From Hyalangium minutum (GTDB lineage: Bacteria; Myxococcota; Myxococcia; Myxococcales; Myxococcaceae), in contig NZ_JMCB01000002.1 of NCBI RefSeq assembly GCF_000737315.1, positions 20,001 to 268,000 on the forward strand: a stretch of DNA of 248,000 nucleotides. The letters are read 5' to 3'. The notes under the pieces are model-generated. The model was not told the DNA's origin. It did no database searches and saw only the letters and a program-made list of their open reading frames with translations. Position 1 is the stretch's first letter. The number at the start of each line of letters is the position of its first letter. The translations under genes were made by a program, and so were the position numbers. Shown piece after piece: positions 53,815 through 71,259 of this stretch.

Positions 53815-56313
53815 CTACTTGTGGGCGCCCTCGCCCTTCATCGGCGTCTCGATGCGCATGCCGTAGAACGACCGGTACACGAAGACGAGCGACAGGACGA
53901 AGAACACCACGGACAGCACGTGGGTGAGCATGGTGTTGCCGGACTTGTTCAGCTCCACCGCCAGCTCCACCGCGAGCAGGCCGAACAGGGTGGTGAACTT
54001 GATGACCGGGTTGAGCGCCACGGACGAGGTGTCCTTGAACGGATCGCCCACCGTGTCGCCGACCACCGTGGCCGCGTGCAGGTCCGTGCCCTTGGCGCGC
54101 AGCTCCGTCTCCACCAGCTTCTTCGCGTTGTCCCACGCGCCACCCGCGTTCGCCATGAACACGGCCTGGTACAGACCGAAGATGGCGATGGAGATCAGGT
54201 AGCCAATGAAGAAGTACGGCTCGGCGCAGGCGAACGCCAGGGTGCTGAAGAACACGCCCAGGAAGATGTTGAGCATGCCCTTCTGCGCGTACTGGGTGCA
54301 GATCTCCACCACGCGCTTGGAGTCCGTCACGCTCGCCTTCTCCACGCCCTCCAGCTTGATGTTGGCCTTGATGAACTCCACCGCGCGGTAGGCGCCCGTG
54401 GACACCGCCTGCATCGAGGCGCCCGAGAACCAGTAGATGACCGCGCCGCCCGTCACCAGGCCCAGCAGGAAGGGCGCGTGCAGCAGGGACAGGTTGCCCA
54501 GGCCCGCGGCCTTCAGCGACATGATGCCGTTGGTCGTCTCCGTGCCCACCAGCAGCACGATGATGGAGAAGATCATCGTCGTGGCGCCCACCACCGCGGT
54601 GCCGATGAGCACCGGCTTGGCCGTCGCCTTGAACGTGTTGCCCGCGCCGTCGTTCTCCTCCAGGTACTCCTTGCCCTTCTCGAAGTTGGGCGTGAAGCCG
54701 AAGTCCTTGGCCACTTCCTCCTTCACGTTGGGCACGTTCTCGATCAGCGACAGCTCGTACACGCTCTGCGCGTTGTCCGTCACAGGACCGTAGCTGTCCA
54801 CCGCGATGGTGACCGGGCCCATGCCCAGGAAGCCGAACGCCACCAGGCCGAACGCGAACACCGCCGGGGCCAGCATCAGCTCCACCGGCACGGTCGTGCT
54901 CACCCAGAAGGCGGCGCCCATCAGCCCCGCGATGATGATGCCCATCCAGTAGGCGGAGAAGTTACCGGCCACCAGGCCGGAGATGACGTTGAGGCTGGGG
55001 CCACCCTCCTGGCTGGCCTTCACCACCTCGCGCACGTGGCGGCTCTCGGTGGAGGTGAAGGCCTTGACGACCTCCGGGATGATCGCGCCGGCCAGCGTGC
55101 CGCAGGTGATGATCAGCGACAGCTTCCACCACAGCGTGGTGTCATCCGCCAGGTTCGGGATGAGCAGGTAGCTGACCACGAAGGTGAGCGCCACGGACAC
55201 GATCGACGTGAGCCACACCAGGAACGTCAGCGGGTGCTCGAAGTTCATCTTGTCGGCGGTCTTGTACTTGCCGCCCTGGATGATGCCGTTCACGCCGTAG
55301 GACAGCAGGCTGGCCACCACCATCACGATGCGCATCACGAAGATCCACACCAGCAGCTGCACCTGGAACGAAGGGGGCACCGCCAGCAGGATGAAGGTGA
55401 TGAGCGCCACGCCCGTCACGCCGTAGGTCTCGAAGCCGTCCGCCGAGGGGCCCACGCTGTCGCCCGCGTTGTCGCCCGTGCAGTCGGCGATCACGCCGGG
55501 GTTGCGCGCGTCGTCTTCCTTGATCTTGAAGACGATCTTCATCAGGTCCGAGCCGATGTCCGCGATCTTCGTGAAGATACCGCCCGCGATGCGCAGCACC
55601 GAGGCGCCCAGCGACTCGCCGATGGCGAAGCCGATGAAGCACGGGCCCGCGTAGGTGGGCGGGACGAAGATCAGGATGATGAGCATCAGCAACAGCTCGG
55701 TGCTGATGAGCACCATGCCGATGGACATACCGGCCTGCAGCGGGATGGCGTAGGTGGGGTAGGGCTTGCCGCGCAGGGACGCGAACGCCGTGCGGCTGTT
55801 GGCGAACGTGTTCACCCGGATGCCGAACCAGGCCACGCCGTAGCTGCCCGCGATGCCGATGAGGCTGAAGAGGATGATGGCCAGCAGCTTGGCCGGCGCC
55901 TCGCTCAGCATGTGCTGCAGGAAGCCGAAGTAGCCGACCATCACCACCAGCAGCAGCGCCCACAGGCCGAGGATGAACTTGCCCTGGGTGATGAGGTACG
56001 TCTTGCACGTCTCGTAGATGAGCTCGGAGATCTCCAGCATCGACCGGTGCACGGGCAGGTTCTTCAGCTGGCCGTACTGGATGAAGCCGAAGACCAGGCC
56101 GAGCACGCTCACCAGGATGCCGCCCAGCAACAGCTGCTGGCCATTGAGCGCGCCGCCGAGGAAGGACTGAGAGGTAAAGTCAGGGAGGACGAGGTCCGCC
56201 TCGCTGGCGCGGGCGGTGCTACCGGCGAGGACGGCCAGGAGTCCAAGGACTCGGGCAGCCACGCCGGTGACGCCCTGCAGGGGAGCGTCATTCCGTGAAA
56301 CGGTGGGTGTCAT
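53815..56313 (-). CDS. hppA: membrane-bound pyrophosphatase, K+-independent type
   Basis: GIFTKIADIGSD, DNAGD, GNTFKA (Lys at the A/K site), GGAWDNAKK, GDPFKD. Confidence 0.93.
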   Translation of the reverse strand: MTPTVSRNDAPLQGVTGVAARVLGLLAVLAGSTARASEADLVLPDFTSQSFLGGALNGQQLLLGGILVSVLGLVFGFIQYGQLKNLPVHRSMLEISELIYETCKTYLITQGKFILGLWALLLVVMVGYFGFLQHMLSEAPAKLLAIILFSLIGIAGSYGVAWFGIRVNTFANSRTAFASLRGKPYPTYAIPLQAGMSIGMVLISTELLLMLIILIFVPPTYAGPCFIGFAIGESLGASVLRIAGGIFTKIADIGSDLMKIVFKIKEDDARNPGVIADCTGDNAGDSVGPSADGFETYGVTGVALITFILLAVPPSFQVQLLVWIFVMRIVMVVASLLSYGVNGIIQGGKYKTADKMNFEHPLTFLVWLTSIVSVALTFVVSYLLIPNLADDTTLWWKLSLIITCGTLAGAIIPEVVKAFTSTESRHVREVVKASQEGGPSLNVISGLVAGNFSAYWMGIIIAGLMGAAFWVSTTVPVELMLAPAVFAFGLVAFGFLGMGPVTIAVDSYGPVTDNAQSVYELSLIENVPNVKEEVAKDFGFTPNFEKGKEYLEENDGAGNTFKATAKPVLIGTAVVGATTMIFSIIVLLVGTETTNGIMSLKAAGLGNLSLLHAPFLLGLVTGGAVIYWFSGASMQAVSTGAYRAVEFIKANIKLEGVEKASVTDSKRVVEICTQYAQKGMLNIFLGVFFSTLAFACAEPYFFIGYLISIAIFGLYQAVFMANAGGAWDNAKKLVETELRAKGTDLHAATVVGDTVGDPFKDTSSVALNPVIKFTTLFGLLAVELAVELNKSGNTMLTHVLSVVFFVLSLVFVYRSFYGMRIETPMKGEGAHK

Positions 56314-56871
56314 GTGGGGTGCAACTCCTCAAGAGAGAAATTCGAGGGGTTGGCCGCCTGCGGGCGGTTACACCGCACGCCGACGCTTCAGCACAGCCTC
56401 GCCCTTCTAGAGCCAGAAGAGCCCAGAAGGCGGCGGCCCCTTAGCACGGGGCGAGTGCGAAAGTCGACTCTTACGGTACGACACGGTCGAAGGGCAGGGG
56501 CCCTCCCCCGAGGTTGATCGGTCTCCCATGGGCTGCCGCGAGGAGAACGTCCCCGTTGGGAACCTCTGCTGCACGTAACGCCTGGCTGTCCCCCAGCACC
56601 AGCGCCCGCGACCCTCTCAAGGCTCCCACGCCCTCACCCGCTCCCAACCCGCCCAACCTTCCCCATCCCCCTGCCCGCCACTCCCCTACACCCCCCCGAC
56701 CGACCCCTGCCCTTCGAACCGCACCTCACCCTTCTGCAAGCACATTGCCAACGCCACGTTGGGGCCGATCCCTCGGGAAGACGCGGGCATGGAGCCTCTC
56801 AACGGCTGGAGAGGGCCCCCGGCTGCCGTAAAAACTCCTGGCTCTGGAGGGCAAGAGAGGGTGAGGAGGTA

Positions 56872-56907
56872 AAAAGAACGCGCCCGCCTGGGATGCGAGC
56901 ATCCCAG
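56872..56907 (-). terminator. terminator of DUF2914 gene
   Basis: cgcgcccgcctgggatg...catcccagcggcgggcgcg with an adjacent A-tract. Confidence 0.6.
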
Positions 56908-56963
56908 CGGCGGGCGCGGGGGTGGCACAGGGCACACCCGGGACCTACAAGTTGCAGTGCGAA

Positions 56964-57479
56964 CTAGTTCACCTTGACCTGGAGCTCCTTGAGGACCTCA
57001 TCGCCGCGCATGACGCTCACGGTCCAGTTGCCCGCCTTGTTCAGGCGCACACCGGTCCACTGGCGGGCGCGCCAGCCGTCGCCCTTGACCTTGACGTCCT
57101 TCGTCTCGCGCACGGTGGCGCCCTGCTTGGTCTGGACCATGATGTCCTCGATGGAGTCACCCTGGGGCACCAGGTAGGCCTGCCACAGCATCACGGTGGT
57201 GTTGGCCTTCACGCCAGCGGCGGGATCCACCTCGGCGGTGCACTCGAACTTGTTGGGGCCGTCCTTGGCCACCTCGGTGCACAGCTTGGCCTCGACGAGC
57301 ACCGGGCCCTGGCCCTGGCCCTTGTAGAAGTAGTCCCACGTGTTCTTCACCGCTTCGGCGCCCGGCTTGGTCACGGGCGTGGCCGTCGGAGCCGCGGTGG
57401 GGGCCGCCTCCTGGGCCAGCGCCACAGGCGACAGAGTCAGGGCCGCAACCACCACAGTCCGAGTCAGCATCTTCTTCAT
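56964..57479 (-). CDS. exported DUF2914-like protein
   Basis: Signal peptide, WRARQW..GNWTV. Confidence 0.6.
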   Translation of the reverse strand: MKKMLTRTVVVAALTLSPVALAQEAAPTAAPTATPVTKPGAEAVKNTWDYFYKGQGQGPVLVEAKLCTEVAKDGPNKFECTAEVDPAAGVKANTTVMLWQAYLVPQGDSIEDIMVQTKQGATVRETKDVKVKGDGWRARQWTGVRLNKAGNWTVSVMRGDEVLKELQVKVN

Positions 57480-57641
57480 TGAAAGAGTCCCCTCCGTTGA
57501 GAGCCAGACACATGCCAGCTCGGAGGCCGCCTCTAGCATGAATCTCGCCGCGCACCCATGTGCGGTTCTGGCGGGGCGAGTGCTTCAAAGTGCGCCCAGC
57601 GCGGGCGTGAATAGGCCCGGGGCCCGGGCGTTCCACGGATC

Positions 57642-58385
57642 ATGCTTCGACTGCTCGCCGTGCTCGCCGTGTGGGGGCCTCTGGTGTGGAGCGCCCCGCA
57701 AGCCCACGCTGCTGGGAAGAAGCCGTCCCCCGTGGCCCAGAAGCCCGGGACGACGCCGGGTGCCGCCTCGACGAAGATGCGGAGTGCGCCTCCTTCCCGG
57801 CCACGCAGTGCGTCACGCGCCTCGCGGGAGCTGGGCGCGCGCATCGCCACCCGGGCCTCGAGGCTGGTGGGCGTCACCTCGCTGCGCAAAGTGGACACGT
57901 CGGTGCCGGACGACTGCACGGGGGTCGTGCGGCTGGCCTACGAGAGCGTGGGCATCGAATTGATGACAGGAATAGGGCGGGCCGGTGACAACGGTGTCAC
58001 GCACATCTACCAGCGCGCGCGGAGCGTGGGAGCCCTGCACAAAAGCCGGCCCCAGCCGGGAGACCTCGTCTTCTTCCGGGAGACGTATGACCGCGACCGG
58101 GATGGGCGGCGCGATGATGGCCTCACGCACGTGGCTGTCGTCGAGCGCGTGGAAGCGGATGGGACTGTCACCTTCGTCCACCGTGGCAGCAAGGGCGTGG
58201 CGCGGTCTCGGATGAACTTGAGCGCTCCCAAAGTCCACCGTGCGCGAGGCAGCAACGCGGTGGTGAATGACTACCTGCGTCAAGCCTCGCAGGGCCGCCG
58301 CGCGTATCTGACGGGGGAGCTGTTCGCGGGCTTTGCCTCTCCGGGCCCGCTGGCCCAGGCAAACACCGCCTCGGCGCGCCGCTGA
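57642..58385 (+). CDS. NlpC/P60 (CHAP-like) peptidase
   Basis: DDCTG catalytic Cys, PGDLVFF, THVAVV. Confidence 0.85.
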   Translation: MLRLLAVLAVWGPLVWSAPQAHAAGKKPSPVAQKPGTTPGAASTKMRSAPPSRPRSASRASRELGARIATRASRLVGVTSLRKVDTSVPDDCTGVVRLAYESVGIELMTGIGRAGDNGVTHIYQRARSVGALHKSRPQPGDLVFFRETYDRDRDGRRDDGLTHVAVVERVEADGTVTFVHRGSKGVARSRMNLSAPKVHRARGSNAVVNDYLRQASQGRRAYLTGELFAGFASPGPLAQANTASARR

Positions 58386-58759
58386 TCCACACGCCAGAAG
58401 ATGTGGGAGGAATTCGGGTTTACCTCAAGTGCATCGGCGCTCATTTATGGCTCAAGTGCACTGCCCGCGCGTGGGATGTCAGCCGCGGATGGCATATCCC
58501 CCATGAAAGAGGTGCCCATGAGCTGTGCCGCCGTCACCGTGAATCGCTCGTTGATCCTGCTGGCCATCGCCTGGGGTGTCATTCCCGTAGCGGTCTTCCA
58601 AGCGGTGACGATGACGGGCCAGGATGACGCGGTGGCGGTCCACAGCGGATGGGAGCCCGAGCCTGGGAGCGACACCCTCTCGTCCCCGCTGAGCGAGCCG
58701 CCCCCGTGCAAGCTCGACCATACGGCGGGGCTGCTCCCCGCGCTCAGCATGGCCATCAC

Positions 58760-60103
58760 TCAGCCGAACAGGAAGAACGCCAGCGTCACGAACGGCAGGT
58801 AGAGCAGGAAAGCCAGCAGCAAGAAGCCGAGGATGTCTTTGAACTCGAGCCGCGCCACGGTGAGCAACGGCAGGGCCCAGAAGGGCTGGATGAGATCCGT
58901 GGCCATGTCTCCCCACGCGTACGCCAGCACCACCTTCTCCGGCGCCACGCCCAGCGAGGACGCCGCGTTCAGCAGGTAGGGCGCCTCGATGGCCCACTTG
59001 GAGCCGCCCGAGGGTACGAAGTAGTTCACCACCCCGCTGTAGAGGTAGACGATGGCGGGGAACGTCTCGCGCGTGGAGAGCGACACGAACAGCTCGCCGA
59101 TTCGGTCGGTGAGTCCGGTGGCCTTGAAGATGCCGTAGATGCCCGCGTACAGCGGGAACTGCAGGACGATGCCATGCAGCACGGAGCCGGCCTCCTCGCT
59201 GGCCTTGAGCAGCCGGGCCGGGGTGAGGTGCAGCAACACCGCCAGCGTGAGGAACAGGAAGTTCACCACGTTGAGATTGAGGGCCCTCCAGCCCCCGTTG
59301 AGCGCCAGGTGTCGCGCGAACCACGCCAGCCCGAGCACGCCGAAGATGACATTGAGCAGCCACGCGTGATCCAGCCATACCGCGACGCTGCGCTCGGTGG
59401 GGCGCTCGGGGGGAACGAAGTCGCCCAGCTTCTCCAGCACTGCGGGCTCCACCTTCACCGTGGCCTCGGGCTTGGGGTGCAGCGCCCAGGCCAGCACCGC
59501 GAGCCCCGCCACCACCGCCACCGTGAGCCCCAGGTTGAACGCGGAGAACAGGGTGAGATTGATGGGAATGATGCCCAGCTGCTTCTCCAGGAAGTGCCCC
59601 GGCGTGGCCACCAGCAGCGGGGCGGAGGCCGACAGGCCCGCATGCCAGGTGGCGCCCAGGCCGAAGTAGGCGCAGGCCACCAGCAGGCGATAGTCCACGT
59701 CCGGCTGCCGCCTCGCCACGAAGCGCACCAGCATGGCGCTGGCCACCAGCGAGAGGCCCCAGTTGATGTAGGCCAGGCCCATGGAGACGCCGGCCATCAG
59801 CGCCACCGCGCCCCGAGGGCTCTTCGCCAGGCCCGCCAGCCGCTCCAGCAGCGTGCGCACCGGGGAGGTGAGGGCCAGCAGGTAGCCGGTGAACATCACC
59901 AGCGCCATCTGCATGGAGAAGGGGAGCAGCTCCCAGAAGCCACCGCCCCAGGCGCCCAGCACCTGCTCGGGCGAGGCGCCCGCCCACCCGAGGGCGAGCC
60001 CCATCGTGAGCAGGCTGAGCAGGACGGCAATGGCAAACGCGCTCGGGACGAAGCGCGAGGAGAAGCGGCCGAGTCCTTCCGCGATCCGGACGAGGGTCTC
60101 CAC
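58760..60103 (-). CDS. atoE: short-chain fatty acid transporter
   Basis: FSMQMAL, VPSGGSKW, IQPFWALP. Confidence 0.9.
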   Translation of the reverse strand: METLVRIAEGLGRFSSRFVPSAFAIAVLLSLLTMGLALGWAGASPEQVLGAWGGGFWELLPFSMQMALVMFTGYLLALTSPVRTLLERLAGLAKSPRGAVALMAGVSMGLAYINWGLSLVASAMLVRFVARRQPDVDYRLLVACAYFGLGATWHAGLSASAPLLVATPGHFLEKQLGIIPINLTLFSAFNLGLTVAVVAGLAVLAWALHPKPEATVKVEPAVLEKLGDFVPPERPTERSVAVWLDHAWLLNVIFGVLGLAWFARHLALNGGWRALNLNVVNFLFLTLAVLLHLTPARLLKASEEAGSVLHGIVLQFPLYAGIYGIFKATGLTDRIGELFVSLSTRETFPAIVYLYSGVVNYFVPSGGSKWAIEAPYLLNAASSLGVAPEKVVLAYAWGDMATDLIQPFWALPLLTVARLEFKDILGFLLLAFLLYLPFVTLAFFLFG

Positions 60104-60249
60104 GAGCGGGCTCCAGTCAATCGCAAGGTGGGCCTTGCGGGCGGCGTCGAAGAGAGCGTTTTACGGTAAGCGCTGGAGGAAGTCGCCTTTCCACGCGCCG
60201 TGGAAGGAGGCTCGACACGCGAACCGAGCCGCGATAGCCCGGAGCCATC

Positions 60250-61068
60250 ATGTACCACCTGCTCAAGCTCGGCCCCGTGCAGCTCTCCCAGGACACCACG
60301 AACGTGTACCTACGGGTGACAAGCGCGGGGGACTTCGCGCCGCCCGTCTTCGAGCACGATGACGAGGCCGGTGTGCAGGCCCTGCTCGAGGGCGTGGAGC
60401 CTTCGGGCGTGAGCTGCGAGCCCGGCCTGGCGGAGGTCGCGGAGCGCCTGGGGCTCCGCGTGGAGTCTCCGCCACTGGAGGTGCTCTCGGCGCGCGCGGC
60501 CATTGGCACCTTCATGGCGTGGGAGCAGCGAGGCGTTGCGGGGCTCGGGGCGGACAAGGCGCTGCTCTTCGTCCAGGCCGCCACCGAATTCTATGAGGCC
60601 CGGCCGTGGAAGCACTGGGATGACAGCCAGCCGTTCCACATCAGCGTCTCCGGCGCGCTCACGCGCACGTACGAGGGCAGCGTCTTCGGCGGAGAGGACG
60701 GTGGCGAGGGGCTCGCGCTCTACGAGCAGGCTGGGGCCCTCAAGGTGCTGATGGACCTGCAGGGGAGCGGCAAGGACGCCGCCGCCAGCCAGCTGCCCGC
60801 CATTGGCGTCACGCTGGACACGCGGCCTGAGTACGCCATTCAGGCGCTGGCCGCCGCGGGCCGCGCGCCCCGGTTACCCCTGCCGCTCAAGACGGGCCCT
60901 TCGGGGGTCTCCATGCCGTCCCTGGTGGAGGCGCTGGTGCTGGTGGCCACGCTGCGGGCAGTGGCTCGGCTGGATTTGACGCGGCGTGAAGCCCTGAGCA
61001 CCGTGGTTGCGGGCCAGGAGCAGATGTCCGTCCGAGTGCTTGCCCCTCAGCCGCGCGTGCGGAACTAA
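60250..61068 (+). CDS. hypothetical protein
   Basis: ORF with RBS. Confidence 0.5.
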   Translation: MYHLLKLGPVQLSQDTTNVYLRVTSAGDFAPPVFEHDDEAGVQALLEGVEPSGVSCEPGLAEVAERLGLRVESPPLEVLSARAAIGTFMAWEQRGVAGLGADKALLFVQAATEFYEARPWKHWDDSQPFHISVSGALTRTYEGSVFGGEDGGEGLALYEQAGALKVLMDLQGSGKDAAASQLPAIGVTLDTRPEYAIQALAAAGRAPRLPLPLKTGPSGVSMPSLVEALVLVATLRAVARLDLTRREALSTVVAGQEQMSVRVLAPQPRVRN

Positions 61069-61239
61069 AGCGTTCGGTAGCAGACGTTGCAGGGGCAGGA
61101 CTGTCTCCTACCCACCAAGCGGACACGGGGCCGGGGCTGGCGTGTCCAGCAGGAATCAAAGAGAACTTCGCTCCGCTCAGTATTCCCGTGTCCACGGCGA
61201 GGGACCGCTTTGACCGCCGTGGACCAGCCAGGGGCTCGA

Positions 61240-67742
<6,503 letters not shown>

Positions 67743-67746
<4 letters not shown>

Positions 67747-68576
67747 GCAGCGTCACCCACAGCGCGGAGCTGGAGTCCCTCGAGGTGGAGCTGCTCCTCG
67801 AGGGCGTCCGGCGCCAGTATGGCTTTGACCTGCGCAACCACTCGCGGCCGCTGCTGTTGCGGCGGCTGCGGCGGCACCTGCGCGAGGAACGGCTGGAGAC
67901 CTTCTCCGGGCTGCAGGGCCGCGTGCTGCACGACCCGGAGGCGATGGAGGGCCTGCTGCGCGCCCTGGCCTGTCCTCCCGACACGCTCTTCTCCGACCCG
68001 TCCTTCTTCCAGGACTTCCGTGCGCGCGTGGTGCCCATGCTGCGCACCTACCCGTCCATCCGCGTGTGGCATGCGGGCTGCTACTCGGGCGAGGACACCT
68101 ACGCGCTGGCCATCCTGCTGATGGAGGAGGGGCTCTGGGGGCGCTGCCGCTTGTATGCCTCGGATGCCAGCGGTGGGCTGCTGTCGGACGCGCGCAACGG
68201 CGTGCTGCGGCTGCCTGGCGAGGAGGACGCGCGCAACTACCGCGAGGCTGGTGGCAAGCGCGCGCTGACGGACTACTACACCCGCGACGGGGACTGGGCG
68301 GTGCTGCACCCCAGCCTGCGCGAGGGCATCTTCTTCACCCAGCACAACCTGGCCACGGACGCCTCCTTCAACGAGTTCCAGGTCATCTTGTGCCGGGATA
68401 CGCTGCTGGCCTACAACCGGGCCCTGGCCAGCCGCGCCCATGAGCGCCTCTACGAGAGCCTCGTGCGGTTCGGCTTCCTGTGCCTGGGCCGCAAGGAGAC
68501 CTTGGCTCGCACGCCTTACGCGGCGGCGTACGAGGAGCTGGAAGGCACGGGCCGCGTGTACCGGAGGACCGCATGA
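67743..68576 (+). CDS. cheR: CheR-type methyltransferase
   Basis: [26 protein letters not shown]. Confidence 0.88.
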
Positions 68577-69115
68577 GCCCCCTGGGGCTGTTGGTGGTCG
68601 GCGCACCGCATGAGGCCTCGGCCGAGGTGGAGGCCCTGCTCGCCTCGCTTCCGTCGAGTCTGCCCGTCCCCGTGGTGCTGGTGGTCCACCGCCGCGCCCA
68701 GGAGCTGCTGGCCGGCTCGCTGGCCCGCCGCTGCCCCCTGCCCGTGCTCGAGCCGGACGACAAGGACGAGCTCGTCGCTGGCCGCGTGTACCTGGCGCCC
68801 TCGGGCTATCACCTGCTGGTGGACCGTGGCTGCGTCTGCCTCTCGCGCGAGCCCGCCGAGCATGGCCAGCGGCCCGCCGTGGATCCGCTCTTCGAGTCCG
68901 CCGCGGATGCCTATGGCCCCGCCGCCGCCGCGCTGCTCTTCAGCGGTCACGACGACGGCTGGGCCGGGCTGGCCACGCTGGGGGCTCGCGGAGGACACGT
69001 GGCCGTCATCGGCGAGGGCGAGCCCGTGGAGGGCGTGGAGCGCGTCCCGCTGAAGGATGTGAAGGTCTGGCTGGCCCGGTTGTCCTACGTGCCTCGAATG
69101 AAGGTGCAACCGTGA
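68573..69115 (+). CDS. cheB: CheB-type methylesterase domain (catalytic Ser motif looks degenerate)
   Basis: VYLAPSGYHL, RPAVDPLFES; GAPH in place of the usual GAS motif. Confidence 0.75.
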   Translation: MSPLGLLVVGAPHEASAEVEALLASLPSSLPVPVVLVVHRRAQELLAGSLARRCPLPVLEPDDKDELVAGRVYLAPSGYHLLVDRGCVCLSREPAEHGQRPAVDPLFESAADAYGPAAAALLFSGHDDGWAGLATLGARGGHVAVIGEGEPVEGVERVPLKDVKVWLARLSYVPRMKVQP

Positions 69116-70788
69116 GTGTTCCGTTGAAGGACAAGGTCCCCATCCTCATGGTGGACGATCAGCCCGAGGGGTTGATGGCGCTGGAAGCGACGCTCGCTCC
69201 GCTGGGGCAGCAGCTCGTCATCGCCCAGAGCGGCCGCGAGGCGCTGCGCCACCTGCTGCACCAGGACTTCGCCGTGGTGCTGCTGGACGTGGTGATGCCG
69301 GACATGGATGGGTTCGAGACGGCCCAGCTCATCCGCGAGCGCGAGCGCAGCCGCAACACTCCCATCCTCTTCCTCACCGCCTTGTCCCGGGGCGAGGTGC
69401 CCGAGTTCCGCGCCTACGCGGTGGGCGCGGTGGACTACCTGCTCAAGCCCTTCGAGCCGGACATCCTCCGCTCCAAGGTGAACATCTTCGTGGACCTGTT
69501 CCGCAAGACGGAGATGGTGCGCCGCCAGGCGGAGGCTCTGCGCGAGGCCGAGCGGCGCGAGCACGAGCGCGAGCTGGCCGCTGCCCACCAGCGGCTGGAG
69601 GTGGAGCGCTCCCGCTGGCGCGAGGAGCTGCTGCGCAAGGAGATGGAGACGGGCCGCAACCAGCAGCGCTGGCTGGAGGCGGTGCTGGCCGCGCTGCCCA
69701 CGCCTCTGGCGCTCCTGGAGCCAAGCACCGGGCACACCCTCTTCGCCAACCGCGCTGCCCAGGAGCTGGCGGACGGCTGCCTCATCTACCGCGAGGCCCG
69801 GCAGCTTCACCCGGAGGTGTCCTTCATGGACGCCGAGGGCAAGGCGCTGCCCCACGAGGCCCTGCCCACCTCGCGCGCCGCTCGGGGCGAGCGGCTCAAT
69901 GGCGTGCCCGTGGAGTGGCGCCAGGGCGAGCAGCACGGCGCGGCGCTGGCCTTCTCCTCGCGGCTGCCGCAGATGCACGGCCGCCCGGAGACCGTACTGC
70001 TGGCCCTGCTGGACGTGACGGCGCTGCATGTCACCGAGAAGAACCTCCAGCGCGCGGTGCACGTGCGTGATGACTTCCTCTCCCTGGCCAGCCATGAGCT
70101 GCGCACCCCGCTCACCTCGCTCAAGGTCCACATCCAGGGCGCCCTGCGTGCCGCGGCCCGCCGCAACGAGGAGGCGCTCCCCATGGCCCAGTACGTCGCC
70201 AAGCTGGAGACGCTGGACCACAACGTCAGCCGGCTCACGGAGCTGGTGGACAAGCTGCTGGACATCTCCCGCATCAACGCGGGCCGCCTCGACTTCGAGC
70301 TGACGGAAGTGGACCTGGCGGCAGTGGTGCGCGAGGTGGTCTCACGCTTCTCCGAGGAGGTGTCTCGGGCAGGTTGCACGCTCGCGGTGCAGGCCGAGCA
70401 CCGCGTGGTCGGCAAGTGGGACCGGAACCGGGTGGAGCAGGTGGTGACGAACCTGCTCACCAACGCCCTCAAGTATGGCGCCGGCGCGCCCGTGGAGGTC
70501 TCGGTGCGCGAGGAGGCCACCCACGCCGTCCTGGAGATTCGCGATCAGGGGATCGGCATCCAGGAGGAGGATCGCCGCCGCATCTTCGAGCGCTTCGAGC
70601 GGGCCGTTCCCCATGACAACTACAGCGGCTTCGGGCTGGGGTTGTGGATCGTCCAGGAGATCGTCACCGGTCTGGGTGGCTCGGTGGCGGTCGAGAGCTC
70701 TCCGGGCAAGGGTGCCCTCTTCCGAGTACAGCTGCCCTGGACGCGTGAGCCGCAAGCGGGTGAGTGGCGGCGGGCTGCCCAGGCATGA
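69112..70788 (+). CDS. REC-PAS-histidine kinase hybrid
   Basis: VDDQ, SHELRTP. Confidence 0.9.
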   Translation: MSVPLKDKVPILMVDDQPEGLMALEATLAPLGQQLVIAQSGREALRHLLHQDFAVVLLDVVMPDMDGFETAQLIRERERSRNTPILFLTALSRGEVPEFRAYAVGAVDYLLKPFEPDILRSKVNIFVDLFRKTEMVRRQAEALREAERREHERELAAAHQRLEVERSRWREELLRKEMETGRNQQRWLEAVLAALPTPLALLEPSTGHTLFANRAAQELADGCLIYREARQLHPEVSFMDAEGKALPHEALPTSRAARGERLNGVPVEWRQGEQHGAALAFSSRLPQMHGRPETVLLALLDVTALHVTEKNLQRAVHVRDDFLSLASHELRTPLTSLKVHIQGALRAAARRNEEALPMAQYVAKLETLDHNVSRLTELVDKLLDISRINAGRLDFELTEVDLAAVVREVVSRFSEEVSRAGCTLAVQAEHRVVGKWDRNRVEQVVTNLLTNALKYGAGAPVEVSVREEATHAVLEIRDQGIGIQEEDRRRIFERFERAVPHDNYSGFGLGLWIVQEIVTGLGGSVAVESSPGKGALFRVQLPWTREPQAGEWRRAAQA

Positions 70789-70854
70789 ACACGAGCCCTC
70801 CATAAACTCCAAAGAAAAGGTTGATTTACAAAACATCGTAGGCAAGGTGGGGGG

Positions 70855-71259
70855 GTGAGTGACGCGGTCATCCCCCCGCGGGTTCAGCGGTTCATCTCGA
70901 CGCACATCGACTCCATCGAGAAGCTGGAAGTCTTGTTGTTGTTGCGGGCGCGTGCAGAGCGGGAGTGGACTGCCCGCGACGTGAGCCTGGAGCTGCGCAT
71001 CACCGATGCCTCGGCGGCGGCGCGCCTGCAGGACCTCACCGCGCGCCGGCTCCTGGTGGAGAAGGCGGGCTCTCCCTCCAGCTATCGCTTCCAGCCGGCC
71101 AGCTCCGAGGACGAGCAGGCCGTGGCGGAACTGCAGGAGACCTACAACACGCGGCGGGTGAGCGTCATCTCATTCATCTTCTCAAAGCCCTTGGACAAGG
71201 TGCGGGGCTTCGCGGATGCGTTCCGCCTGAAGCGAGACAAGGACGACGGCCATGGCTGA
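70855..71259 (+). CDS. conserved hypothetical (winged-helix-like)
   Basis: FISTHIDSIEKLEVLL; overlaps next gene. Confidence 0.6.
   Translation: MSDAVIPPRVQRFISTHIDSIEKLEVLLLLRARAEREWTARDVSLELRITDASAAARLQDLTARRLLVEKAGSPSSYRFQPASSEDEQAVAELQETYNTRRVSVISFIFSKPLDKVRGFADAFRLKRDKDDGHG

Noticed and set aside
53815-56313. hppA as a Na+-pumping, K+-dependent enzyme linked to a Na+ riboswitch
   Set aside because: GNTFKA carries the Lys typical of K+-independent H+-PPases; no riboswitch consensus recognised.
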